NCBI GenBank assembly: GCA_050945795.1
Contig: JBMNTP010000001.1
Coordinates: 166,879 to 230,878 of the forward strand
Source: Christensenellales bacterium
GTDB lineage: Bacteria; Bacillota; Clostridia; Christensenellales; MGBC116941
Direction of reading: 5' to 3'
DNA length: 64,000 nt
Positions 19,675 through 29,240 of the stretch are shown piece by piece. Made by a program: the position numbers and the translations under genes. Every line of letters starts with the position of its first letter. Positions within the stretch are counted from its first letter, which is position 1. The notes beneath the pieces are model-generated. The model saw nothing but the letters and a program-made list of their open reading frames with translations. It had not been told where the DNA came from and ran no database searches.

Positions 19675-21549
19675 ATGTATAATTTACTCGCCGTTTTATA
19701 TGCGGCGCTGTTTTTTGCATCAGGACAAGTCGTTTCCCGGCATGTGTTCCACGCCTCCTCTCCGGCTATCCGGCTGTGGCTTGGTGGAGCCGCGGGGCTG
19801 CTTATGCTTATATGGCTGCCCGCACTCTTTTCCTTCCTTCTCGGCTTTACCCTTTTAGCGCAGCTTATTGCCGCCGCCGTTGCGGCGGCGCTTTTGGCAA
19901 TTTTATATCCTAAAACTGGATTCCATCTTTCACTTGATTTTAAACGCCTTAAACTTCCGCTTATATTATGCGCGCTGCTAACCGCCTTTTGCGCCTTCCT
20001 CCTCCATACCCACACGCTGCTGGAGCGGGGCGGTGCTTTATACTGCGGGCAAAGCACTTATGGAGATATGCCGCTGCACCTCGGCTTTATAACCAGCATA
20101 AGCACGCAGGGCTTTTTCCCTCCTGTATATTCGATACTTCCCGGCACTGCTGTCGGCTATCCCTTCCTTTCCGATTCGGTATCCTCAACATTTTTAACGC
20201 TCGGCGCCACGCTTAAAACAGCATACATATTGCCAATGATCTGGGCGCTCTTTGTAGTATTCGCCGGCGCTTGGGCGATGCTTTCTGCTTGGCTTAAAAA
20301 CCGCCGCGCCACCATTATAGCGTATGTACTTTTTTTCCTTGGCTCCGGCTTTGGCTTTATATATTTTTTAGACGGCGCACGGCTCGACCCCAATATATTC
20401 ACCCGCATATTCACCGCGTTTTATGAAATGCCGACAAATCTTGTGGGCGAAAACATAGTTTGGGTAAATGTCATAAACGACATGCTGGTACCGCAGCGCG
20501 CTACGCTTTTTGGCTGGGCAATGCTTTTTCCCTGCCTGTATCTCCTATATAAATCGGCGTTTGAGGGGCAAAATCATTTTATACAATTATCTGTTTTCGC
20601 CGGCCTTATGCCGCTTATACATACCCACTCCTTCCTCGCCCTCGCTATTATTTCAGCGGCATGGTGCGTTGTTTATTTTATAAGAAAAGGCTGGCGGGAT
20701 ACATTGTCTGCGTGGCTGCCATACCTCGTTATAGTTCTTATACTCGCTTTGCCGCAGCTTATAGCCTTTACGTTTAAACAATCATCGGCGGAAGGATTTA
20801 TTAGGCCGCATTTTAATTGGATAAACGAGAAAGACCCGTGGCTTTGGTTTTACATAAAAAACATAGGCATACCGTTTATACTGCTGCTGCCGGCGCTGGT
20901 TTTTGCCAACCGGAGGGACAGACGGGTGTATACCGGCGCAGCACTTATATGGCTGATATGCGAATTTGTAGTTTTCCAGCCCAATCTTTACGACAACAAT
21001 AAGCTGCTGCTTATATGGCACTTTTTCACCTGCGGCATAGTAGGCAAGCTGCTCGCTAAGCTGTATCGGCGCATGGCGGGCATACGGGGGCGCGGCATAT
21101 TGGCGGCGACGGTGATGTTTTTCTGTGTATTCTCAAGCATGCTTTCGCTGACAAGGGAGGTTGTGTCGGAGTATCAGCAGTTTAGCGCTGATCATGTGGC
21201 GGCTTCAGAATATATAAAGGATAATGCCCCCGCCGACGCGCTTTTTCTAACCGCCGACAACCACAATAACGCCGTCTCCTCGCTTACCGGGCGAAATATC
21301 GTCTGTGGCACGCCGTCCTTCCTCTTCTTCCACGGCATTAACTATAACGACAGCCATATCGCCGCCCGGCTTATGTTTGACAGCGCAAGCTTTGACGCGC
21401 TTAACAGCTATTATGATGTTGATTATGTTTTTATAAGTTCTTATGAGCGCACCTTCGCGCCCGGCGCCGACTTTGATTTCTCACGCTACAAATTATGGTA
21501 CGAAAACGGCGATATAAAAATATACGCAATATCGGAGCGGGCGCTTTAA
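19675..21549 (+). CDS. large polytopic membrane protein (GT-C glycosyltransferase-like topology), function unknown
   Basis: 624 aa with about 12-13 predicted TM helices and a roughly 130-aa soluble C-terminal domain. It starts 35 nt after trxB. No catalytic motif recognised. Confidence 0.6.
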   Translation: MYNLLAVLYAALFFASGQVVSRHVFHASSPAIRLWLGGAAGLLMLIWLPALFSFLLGFTLLAQLIAAAVAAALLAILYPKTGFHLSLDFKRLKLPLILCALLTAFCAFLLHTHTLLERGGALYCGQSTYGDMPLHLGFITSISTQGFFPPVYSILPGTAVGYPFLSDSVSSTFLTLGATLKTAYILPMIWALFVVFAGAWAMLSAWLKNRRATIIAYVLFFLGSGFGFIYFLDGARLDPNIFTRIFTAFYEMPTNLVGENIVWVNVINDMLVPQRATLFGWAMLFPCLYLLYKSAFEGQNHFIQLSVFAGLMPLIHTHSFLALAIISAAWCVVYFIRKGWRDTLSAWLPYLVIVLILALPQLIAFTFKQSSAEGFIRPHFNWINEKDPWLWFYIKNIGIPFILLLPALVFANRRDRRVYTGAALIWLICEFVVFQPNLYDNNKLLLIWHFFTCGIVGKLLAKLYRRMAGIRGRGILAATVMFFCVFSSMLSLTREVVSEYQQFSADHVAASEYIKDNAPADALFLTADNHNNAVSSLTGRNIVCGTPSFLFFHGINYNDSHIAARLMFDSASFDALNSYYDVDYVFISSYERTFAPGADFDFSRYKLWYENGDIKIYAISERAL

Positions 21550-21761
21550 CACGCTAACTTAGCGGCTTTGCGGCAATTCCCTTGTTGCCAATCGATAGGC
21601 GCTATAATATAATATATATGATATGCAGGCATTAAATAAACTGGCGTTAGATCGCTACCCGGCAACTTTACTTCAGCCTTAAACCGCAATCAAATGACGC
21701 TAGCCGCCGGCTCGCAACTATAGTACAAGCATAAACCCGGCCGGGAAAGCGCCGCTTAGCT

Positions 21762-23741
21762 GTGCATGACTGGAAAAGGGCTGCTAAAAATTTAACCGCA
21801 GCTATTGAGGCGGTTATTGACAGGCAGGTAATTATTTTGAAAAACAATTTTCCTACCCGAAATCGATCACAGCTTTTCCTTATAGTTTTTTCTATAGTTT
21901 TTCTTATTTTCGGTATTGCCTCAATTGTAATACCCGCTTATCAGGGTAGCCAGGCCGGTCTTGGCGGACAGCCGCTTATAGCGCTTGGTAAGGCGGATAT
22001 TTCAAATTGGTCGGCGGATAACGGCGGCCTTTTAAGTCTTGGCGGCGAATGGGAGTTTTATTGGGGCCGACTTCTTGATAGTGATGATTTTAAAAGCGGC
22101 GCACATGAACCTGCATATGCTAAAATGCCTGAGCTTTGGAACTCTATGGACGGAGCCGCGTCAACCGGATTTGCCACCTATAGAGCTATAATAAATAAAA
22201 ACCCCGCCTTTACTCGCATGGGTATTAACCTGCCCTACGCTTATTCAGCTCAAAAGCTTATAATTAACGATGAGGTCGTATGCGAAGAAGGCGTTGTTAC
22301 ATCATCGGCAGACGGTAGCCACGCCGGCTATGCCGCAAACGCGGTATACTTCAATTCCGACAGCGATACAGTCGAAATAATACTTCAGGTATCGAATTTC
22401 AGCCATCACCTTGGCGGCATATATTGCGCGCCTATTTTCGGCTCGCAGCAAGCCGTTTATCGCAACTGGATGACAAGAGCGGGAACAGATATAGCGCTGG
22501 CATCAATATCGGCGCTTGCCGTATTTATATTTCTAAGCATATACGTTATAACATACAAAAACCCCGGATATCTGCTAAGCGCCGGAGCGGCGTTTGCGTT
22601 TATGTTGCGCTCGCTGCTGCTTGGCGTAGGTGTATTATATGATATGGCGCCTACGGCGGATAATTTCCTGCTGCGCCTTGAATACCTAACGCTTTATATA
22701 GCGATTATATTAATGCTTTTATATTTTGTTAATTTATATCGTGAAAACACCCGTGGAAACGCTTTTAGAGCGCTTATGGTCATGAACGCGTTATTGTGTC
22801 TTATTGTCATCTTCCTGCCGACAAGAATATTTACAATGCTGCAAAATGTGATGTACCCCGCCTTTATGCTTAACTTCATATTTATAGGCTATCTGATAAT
22901 AACCCGCCTAAAAGACGATATACCTTATAATTTAATAAATATTCTGAGCGCCGCCGCCATACTTATATGCGCCATAGCGCAGATTGTATTTTTGCCGATA
23001 TCCCGCTCTTTAAACATTTTGGTTATAGGCGTATGGGTGCATTGCCTTATAATTATGTATATGTCCTTTTATTCCATGCAGGACGCCAACATATCGATGC
23101 AGCGCATGTCCGACTCATTGGAAACGCAGATATCCGAGCGTACCTTTGAGCTTACCCGTCTAAACAGTGAGCTTATGCGGGAAAACCAGGCGCGTCAGCG
23201 TGCCGAGCATGACCTTAGGCAGATAAGCATAACCGACTCTTTAACCGGCATATACAACCGCCTTTTCTCGCAGCAAACTTTAGACCTTGAATATAAGCGG
23301 TACCGACGCTACGGCTCCGAGTATTCTATAATAATGTTTGATATAGACCACTTTAAAAGAATAAACGATCAATTCGGACATACGCAAGGCGACAAAGTGC
23401 TGGTAGAGCTGTCCTCTCGAATAGGCTCGCATCTTCGCAGCACAGATATATTCTCCAGATGGGGCGGCGAGGAGTTTATAATAATAATGCCGCACACCGT
23501 ATTTGAAGTAGCAATGCTTGCCGCCGAAAGGCTATTGGATGCCGTATCTTCGCAGCCGTATGAAAAGGTTGGCAAAGTTACCGCCAGCTTTGGCGTCGCC
23601 TCCATAACGCCGGGCGAGACCAGCGATTCTTTGGTAAAGCGCGCCGACGAATACCTCTATCAGGCTAAGAACGAAGGTAGAAATTGCGTAAGAGGCGGGC
23701 GTATAGATTCCCAGCAGTTTGATAATTTAAGAGAAGAATAA
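21762..23741 (+). CDS. diguanylate cyclase with 7TMR-DISM sensor (DISMED2 + 7TM + GGDEF)
   Basis: Extracellular LGGEWEFYWGRLLDSDDF (7TMR-DISMED2-like), seven TM helices, a coiled coil, and a GGDEF domain with RWGGEEFIIIMP plus DHFKRINDQFGH. GTG start, uncertain. Confidence 0.85.
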   Translation: MHDWKRAAKNLTAAIEAVIDRQVIILKNNFPTRNRSQLFLIVFSIVFLIFGIASIVIPAYQGSQAGLGGQPLIALGKADISNWSADNGGLLSLGGEWEFYWGRLLDSDDFKSGAHEPAYAKMPELWNSMDGAASTGFATYRAIINKNPAFTRMGINLPYAYSAQKLIINDEVVCEEGVVTSSADGSHAGYAANAVYFNSDSDTVEIILQVSNFSHHLGGIYCAPIFGSQQAVYRNWMTRAGTDIALASISALAVFIFLSIYVITYKNPGYLLSAGAAFAFMLRSLLLGVGVLYDMAPTADNFLLRLEYLTLYIAIILMLLYFVNLYRENTRGNAFRALMVMNALLCLIVIFLPTRIFTMLQNVMYPAFMLNFIFIGYLIITRLKDDIPYNLINILSAAAILICAIAQIVFLPISRSLNILVIGVWVHCLIIMYMSFYSMQDANISMQRMSDSLETQISERTFELTRLNSELMRENQARQRAEHDLRQISITDSLTGIYNRLFSQQTLDLEYKRYRRYGSEYSIIMFDIDHFKRINDQFGHTQGDKVLVELSSRIGSHLRSTDIFSRWGGEEFIIIMPHTVFEVAMLAAERLLDAVSSQPYEKVGKVTASFGVASITPGETSDSLVKRADEYLYQAKNEGRNCVRGGRIDSQQFDNLREE

Positions 23742-23780
23742 AGTAATATTAATTCGCTTATTCCTTTATAAGCAATGCTT

Positions 23781-23810
23781 AAAAAATGCCATAATTCTAT
23801 GGCATTTTTT
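23781..23810 (+). terminator. terminator of the GGDEF gene
   Basis: AAAAAATGCCAT-AATTCT-ATGGCATTTTTT. Confidence 0.75.
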
Positions 23811-24029
23811 ATTTTATCGGGAAGACGAGCTTGGTACGGGGAGCGAGCCTCCTGTCGCCGCCCCTTTAAAAATGGTTGGATCCCAAGCTTTGTAAAATAC
23901 CGCTTTGCGACATTTTACGGAGAGAAAAAAGAGGCTGATGTGATGCTAGGTATCGCCAGACTGCAAATAGAAAATAAAGAGCCTAAAAACTGCGCCTAAG
24001 AACTATTGGTATAATTAGGTTTTCTTTGG

Positions 24030-24061
24030 CTTACCTTTCTTTTTCCCAAAAGAAAGGTAAG
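24030..24061 (-). repeat. orphan copy of the tRNA-trailer hairpin (no tRNA attached)
   Basis: CTTACCTTTCTTTTTCCCAAAAGAAAGGTAAG is almost identical to the hairpin at 58930-58961. On the minus strand it is followed by CCAAAGAAAACCT, compared with ACAAAGAAAATCA at 58962. Confidence 0.6.
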
Positions 24062-24088
24062 AGCATATATTGGTTTTAGGTGATTATA

Positions 24089-24586
24089 ATGAAGCTTACT
24101 CCTTATAACCGTATTGCCGCCGTAAATTACGCGCACAAATGGGCATACCAGCGCAACCCCGCATATTACAACTTTGACTCATTGGGCGGTGACTGCACAA
24201 ACTACGCTTCGCAGGTAATTTATGCCGGCAGCGGCGTTATGAATTTTACTCCGGTTACCGGCTGGTTCTATCGCTCATCATACGACCGAACGGCGTCATG
24301 GACAGGCGTTGAGTATCTCTACAATTTTTTGACGAAAAACAAAGGCCCCGGGCCCTTCGCGCTATCCGTCGATGTATCTGAAATAAAGCCGGGCGATATA
24401 GTGCAGCTTAAGCTGTCAAAGGCGGTTTTTTCGCACTGTCCGGTTGTTGTAAGTGTGGGACGGCCGGCATCTGTCAATAATATATTGGTAGCGGCTCATA
24501 CAATAGACGTAGACTATCTCCCCCTTACACATTACAACTATCGGGATATACGCTTTTTGCATATCGGCGGCGTTTACAAATACTAA
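24089..24586 (+). CDS. putative amidase-domain protein (Amidase_6-like)
   Basis: The ATG at 24089 lies 5 nt after AGGTGA. YNRIAAVNYAHKWAYQRNPAYYNFDSLGGDCTNYASQVIYAG contains the conserved Cys of the papain-like putative amidase domain. Confidence 0.7.
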   Translation: MKLTPYNRIAAVNYAHKWAYQRNPAYYNFDSLGGDCTNYASQVIYAGSGVMNFTPVTGWFYRSSYDRTASWTGVEYLYNFLTKNKGPGPFALSVDVSEIKPGDIVQLKLSKAVFSHCPVVVSVGRPASVNNILVAAHTIDVDYLPLTHYNYRDIRFLHIGGVYKY

Positions 24587-24720
24587 TTTTTAATATTTAT
24601 GCCTGTCCGGCAAGGAACTTATATAAGTGCTTTGCGTCATATTGGCATAGCGCTAAGAATAATTGAAATGGTGTTATATTCATAGTATAATTGCGTTAAC
24701 GACAATGGGAGGTATGCATT

Positions 24721-25632
24721 TTGACGTGTCCCGAATTCCAAAAAAATATAAACGCGTACCTCGATAACGAGCTTTCAGCGCCTGAAAAAGATCAGTTAGC
24801 CGCGCATATCGCTATATGCCAAAGCTGCGCCGACATGCTGGCAGAGCTGTCAAAAACAAAGGACGCTGTAAGGTCGTTATCGGGAGCGCCTCTCCCCGCC
24901 GGTTTCCATACAGAGCTTATGGAAAAAATAGCCGCATCCGACAAATCGGGTTCGGCAACATCCCGGCAGCAGAGGCTATTTTATAAACGCCCGGCTGCGA
25001 TTGTCGCTGCCGCTGCCGCCGTAGCTATAATTGCATACGGCGCTTATTACCAGTTCTATGGCGCGGGCCAAAATTCCGCCGCTTACGATAATACATCTAT
25101 GGCTGTACTTGAGGCGGCGCCGGCAGAAGTGCCTAACGATGCCGCCGGCATTATGGCCGATACCGGCTCTGGCGATGTTGCGCCGGATGAATCTACTAGC
25201 GAAAACGCCGAGTCCGAAGATACCGCAGACGACGCTCAGATGACAATCCTTGCGCCCACCGCGAGAGATGGCCGCGTCAAAGCGCCGTCCTCCGGAGCGA
25301 GCGCCACCCCCAGAGGAGACTTAACGGAGGGCTGTTCTAGTAGCAACATCATCCACTCATATGAAGAAGCAGAATCTAAAGAAACATCCCAAGCCGTCCG
25401 TCCCGCGTCGGCATATATAAGCGTTTCTAATGTTGATGTGGCGCTTACTAAAATAGAGCAAGCGGCGGAAGGCAGCTTTGAGCTGCTGTCACGAACGGAT
25501 GAAGAAATATCTATAAGCGTTTCTAAGGAGTACAGGTCGGTCATGACCGACATATTAAAAGAAATAGGCTCAGATACCGAGCCCCAAGAAACGAACAGCG
25601 AATTTATATTTCTTAAAATAAGCTATCGCTAA
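24721..25632 (+). CDS. anti-sigma factor (zf-HC2) with TM helix and extracytoplasmic domain
   Basis: TTG start 8 nt after GGGAGG. The N-terminus CPEFQKNINAYLDNELSAPEKDQLAAHIAICQSCADMLAEL is a zf-HC2 motif. It has one TM helix (AAIVAAAAAVAIIAYGAYY) and an acidic linker. There is no adjacent sigma gene. Confidence 0.65.
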   Translation: MTCPEFQKNINAYLDNELSAPEKDQLAAHIAICQSCADMLAELSKTKDAVRSLSGAPLPAGFHTELMEKIAASDKSGSATSRQQRLFYKRPAAIVAAAAAVAIIAYGAYYQFYGAGQNSAAYDNTSMAVLEAAPAEVPNDAAGIMADTGSGDVAPDESTSENAESEDTADDAQMTILAPTARDGRVKAPSSGASATPRGDLTEGCSSSNIIHSYEEAESKETSQAVRPASAYISVSNVDVALTKIEQAAEGSFELLSRTDEEISISVSKEYRSVMTDILKEIGSDTEPQETNSEFIFLKISYR

Positions 25633-25678
25633 ATGCGCGGCAGATAATCTAAATAAAAGTACTAAAGGAGTGATGCGT

Positions 25679-26365
25679 ATGACTAAAATAATTCCTGAAA
25701 TATCAGGCGCCCTTAGGAAACAGATGTTAAGGGTACCCGATGTTATCCGCCAAGCCAGCGGCATAAGAATTATGGGTAAGCTTATACGCTCCCTCGTTTT
25801 CTCTACCGATGTAGCCATAATACGCAACATAAACGCCGATGCCGTTATAGCCGTTTACCCTTTTACGCCACAACCTATAATAACGCATAGCATAATTATG
25901 GCGGCGGATATACCGGTGCTGTGCGGCGTAGGCGGCGGTCTTACGAGCGGCAGACGTGTTGTCGATCTCGCACAGGACGCCGAGTTTCAAGGTGCGCTGG
26001 GCGTAGTTGTAAATGCCCCTACGCCAAACGAAACTATCGCGGCGCTTAAAGAGGTTATAGATATACCCATTGTCGTAACGGTGGTATCGGACAACGAGAA
26101 CTATGATTTTCGCTCTCGCATAGAAGCCGGAGCCGATATACTCAACGTATCCGGTGCCGGTCGCACCAGCGAAATTGTACGCAAAATACGCAAAGATTTG
26201 CCCGACGTCGCCATACTGGCAACCGGCGGCCCTAACGAAGAAAGCATACTTCGCACCATAGAAGCCGGAGCCAACGCCGTAACATATACTCCCCCGACAA
26301 ACGCCGAACTGTTCCGCGTAAGAATGGAAGTATATCGCGACAAACTTGATGCGAACAATAAATAA
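25679..26365 (+). CDS. hypothetical protein, probable phosphate-binding TIM-barrel fold
   Basis: The ATG at 25679 lies 8 nt after AAGGAG. Alternating beta/alpha pattern with glycine-rich phosphate-binding-like loops (CGVGGGLTSG, ILATGGPNEE). Family not recognised. Confidence 0.45.
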   Translation: MTKIIPEISGALRKQMLRVPDVIRQASGIRIMGKLIRSLVFSTDVAIIRNINADAVIAVYPFTPQPIITHSIIMAADIPVLCGVGGGLTSGRRVVDLAQDAEFQGALGVVVNAPTPNETIAALKEVIDIPIVVTVVSDNENYDFRSRIEAGADILNVSGAGRTSEIVRKIRKDLPDVAILATGGPNEESILRTIEAGANAVTYTPPTNAELFRVRMEVYRDKLDANNK

Positions 26366-26392
26366 GTTGTAATATAGAAAAAAGCATTATAA

Positions 26393-26416
26393 AAAAGCGT
26401 GCGAAAAGCACGCTTT
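26393..26416. terminator. bidirectional terminator
   Basis: AAAAGCGTGC-GAAA-GCACGCTTTT between two convergent genes. Confidence 0.7.
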
Positions 26417-26484
26417 TGTTATTTTCCACCTATATTTATTTCCACTAGTGGCAATCCACCTATTTCATGCGCCCTGCGTATTAA

Positions 26485-26874
26485 TTAAAACTTTCCGCCT
26501 ATGATTGAGAGTATTACAAATATTATAAGCGAAACAATAAGGCCGCCTAGGAAGGATAGCCTAAGGTGTTTTAATCTAACGCCGTATTTTGTCTCCACCT
26601 GCCTTGAGCCGAACATGTAAATAAGAAATGGTACTAAGAACAGATAGCTAAGCAGCATATTATCTTCAGACGGCTCTATCTGCATAAACAGGTATGTTGC
26701 CGCCGCTAAAACAATGCCCACAACAATCTGTAAAATCTTAAAAGTCTTTTCCGGTATGTTTATCTCAGGCAGCTTAACTTCCTCCTCGCCGCCTTCGGTT
26801 TCGGTATCCACAACCTCACCCTGAAGTACTTCTGTTTCTTCCGGTTTATTTTTTTCAGAATCGTAATTGCTCAT
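26485..26874 (-). CDS. small membrane protein (acidic N-terminus, 3 TM helices)
   Basis: GGGAGG RBS 6 nt upstream of the ATG. 129 aa with three clear hydrophobic helices. No family recognised. Confidence 0.55.
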   Translation of the reverse strand: MSNYDSEKNKPEETEVLQGEVVDTETEGGEEEVKLPEINIPEKTFKILQIVVGIVLAAATYLFMQIEPSEDNMLLSYLFLVPFLIYMFGSRQVETKYGVRLKHLRLSFLGGLIVSLIIFVILSIIGGKF

Positions 26875-27076
26875 GAGTGCCTCCCGTAAAAATTTCTAAT
26901 GTAATTATACACATAGGCGGCGGATATTGCATTATTTATTATTTAAAGCGCAAATTGAAGGCAAAGCCATTGTTTAGTTTGCTTTTTTGATATTTTCTGC
27001 TACAATAATAATTGGACTTTTCTTATGCAGAAGCAGCATCCACGCTTTCAAGCAACAAACAAGGGGGAATTACCGT

Positions 27077-29161
27077 ATGAAAGAGTACAAGGCCAGTCAC
27101 ATCCGTAATATTGCTACTATCGGGCATGGCGGAGAGGGAAAAACGACCCTTACTGAAGCCATGCTTTTCAATGCAGGAGTTATAGACCGCATGGGCAGGG
27201 TGGAGGACGGAACCACCGTAGTAGACTATGACCCCGAAGAAATAAAAAGGCAAATTTCAATAAGCGCGGCGGTAGCTCCGTTTGAATTTGATTCCCACAA
27301 AATCAATATAATCGATTGCCCCGGCTATTTTGATTTCATCGGCGAGGTATCGCAGGCGATGGTGGCGGCGGACGGCGCGCTTATAGTAGTTGGAGCGGCG
27401 TCCGGCGTTATAGTTGGAACGGAAAAGGCATGGGATGCCTGTGAGCAGCACAATATGCCGCGTATGTTTGTCGTTAATCAGATGGACAGAGAGCATGTTG
27501 ACTTCTCTAAGGTTCTAGGTCAGCTTAAAGAAAACTATGGCACAGCGATAGTGCCGCTTCAGATCCCCATAGTCGAAAATGAAGTTTTCAAGGGCTATAT
27601 CGATGTAATAGACAAAAAGGCATACGAATTCGCCGGTAAAGGCTTAAAGGAAGTACCTGTTCCTGAAAACCTCTCGGATCTTCTTGAGAGCAGCTATGAA
27701 GCGGTTGTAGAGGCTGCCGCCGAAAGCGACGAGGAGCTCATGGAAAAATACTTCGAGGGCGAGGAGCTTACACTTGACGAAATCAAAAAAGGATTGCGCG
27801 ACGGCGTACTTTCATGCAGCGCGGCTCCTGTCACCTGCTCTGCCGCTACCATTCACGCCGGCGTTACCACCATTATAAAAGATATGATAAGCTATATGCC
27901 CTCCCCCGCCGATGTCGCGGCGGCTAAAGGCGTTAATCCCAAGAATAATGAAGAAGTTGAAAGGCAATGCGACGATAAGGCTCCTTTCTCGGCGCAGGTG
28001 TTTAAAACAGTCGCCGATCCGTTTGTTGGAAAGTTGTCGCTATTTAGGGTTATGTCGGGCAAACTTACAAGCGATATGACCATGTATAACAGCAATGCCG
28101 AAAAAAACGAGAAAGTCGGCACAATATATGTCATGCGCGGCAAAAAGCAAACTACTGTACAGTCGCTTTCCGCCGGTGATATAGGCGCTGTTGCAAAGCT
28201 TCAATATACCGTTACTGGAGATACGCTTTGCGACCAGGCCAACGCTGTAAAATTCCCGTCCATAGAATTTCCGAAACCCAGTATATCGCTCGCTGTAAAC
28301 TCAAAGAAAGAGGGCGATGAGGACAAGATTTTCTCCGGCCTTCACAGGCTTGAAGAAGAGGATCCCACCTTCTCAGTCGATAAAAACGCCGAAACAGGCG
28401 ATACTATGATAAGCGGCATGGGCGAATTGCATCTTGAGGTTATATGCCGCAAGCTGTTTAACAAATTCAATGTCGAGGCGGTGCTGGTAGATCCTAAGAT
28501 ACCTTACCGTGAGACTATAAAGAAGGCTGTTAAGGCGGAAGGCAAACATAAGAAACAATCGGGCGGACACGGACAGTACGGCCATTGCTGGATAGAGTTC
28601 GAACCTATTTTAGATGGCTCCGCCGAGTTTGAATTCATAGATAAAATTGTCGGCGGCGTAGTGCCCAGGCAATATATACCCGCTGTTGAAAAAGGGTTGC
28701 GCGAAAGCATGACAAAAGGCGTTTTAGCGGGATACCCCGTTGTCAATGTACGCTGCACGCTGTATGACGGCTCATACCACAGCGTTGACTCGTCTGAAAT
28801 GGCTTTCAAAACGGCTGCCCGACTCGCGTTTAGGAAAGGCTGCGCGCAGGCTAATCCTGTAATACTTGAGCCTATATACAAAGTCGAGGTGACAATCCCC
28901 GATGAATACATGGGCGATGTAATAGGCGATATGAACCGTCGCCGCGGCCGCATAATGGGCATGACGCCTGAAAACGGCAAGCAGACGGTAGCCGCCGAGG
29001 CACCGCTCTCAGAGATGTTTAAATACACCACCGACCTTCGCTCTATGACACAGGCGCGCGGATCGTTTACAATGGAGTTTGAGCGTTACGAGGAAGCTCC
29101 CGCCAACATAGCCGCCAAGATAGTAGAGCAGGCTAAGCGTGAGGACGAAGACGAAGAATAA
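27077..29161 (+). CDS. elongation factor G paralog (EF-G2 type)
   Basis: The ATG at 27077 follows AAGGGGG. G1 is GHGGEGKTT, G3 is DCPGYFDF and G4 is NQMD. Domains II-V are full length and end with a typical EF-G C-terminus (FERYEEAP). The divergent G1 (GHxxxGKTT rather than AHIDAGKTT) resembles Thermus EF-G2-type paralogs. The 30-aa N-terminal extension in the track is unsupported. Confidence 0.9.
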   Translation: MKEYKASHIRNIATIGHGGEGKTTLTEAMLFNAGVIDRMGRVEDGTTVVDYDPEEIKRQISISAAVAPFEFDSHKINIIDCPGYFDFIGEVSQAMVAADGALIVVGAASGVIVGTEKAWDACEQHNMPRMFVVNQMDREHVDFSKVLGQLKENYGTAIVPLQIPIVENEVFKGYIDVIDKKAYEFAGKGLKEVPVPENLSDLLESSYEAVVEAAAESDEELMEKYFEGEELTLDEIKKGLRDGVLSCSAAPVTCSAATIHAGVTTIIKDMISYMPSPADVAAAKGVNPKNNEEVERQCDDKAPFSAQVFKTVADPFVGKLSLFRVMSGKLTSDMTMYNSNAEKNEKVGTIYVMRGKKQTTVQSLSAGDIGAVAKLQYTVTGDTLCDQANAVKFPSIEFPKPSISLAVNSKKEGDEDKIFSGLHRLEEEDPTFSVDKNAETGDTMISGMGELHLEVICRKLFNKFNVEAVLVDPKIPYRETIKKAVKAEGKHKKQSGGHGQYGHCWIEFEPILDGSAEFEFIDKIVGGVVPRQYIPAVEKGLRESMTKGVLAGYPVVNVRCTLYDGSYHSVDSSEMAFKTAARLAFRKGCAQANPVILEPIYKVEVTIPDEYMGDVIGDMNRRRGRIMGMTPENGKQTVAAEAPLSEMFKYTTDLRSMTQARGSFTMEFERYEEAPANIAAKIVEQAKREDEDEE

Positions 29162-29209
29162 TCTTCTCCGGCAATAAATTCAGATTGCATAAAACATAAG
29201 GTTATCAAA

Positions 29210-29240
29210 GATGCCGCCCCTTTTGAGGCGGCATCTTTTT
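29210..29240 (+). terminator. terminator of the EF-G paralog
   Basis: GATGCCGCC-CCTTTTGA-GGCGGCATC followed by TTTTT. Confidence 0.8.
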
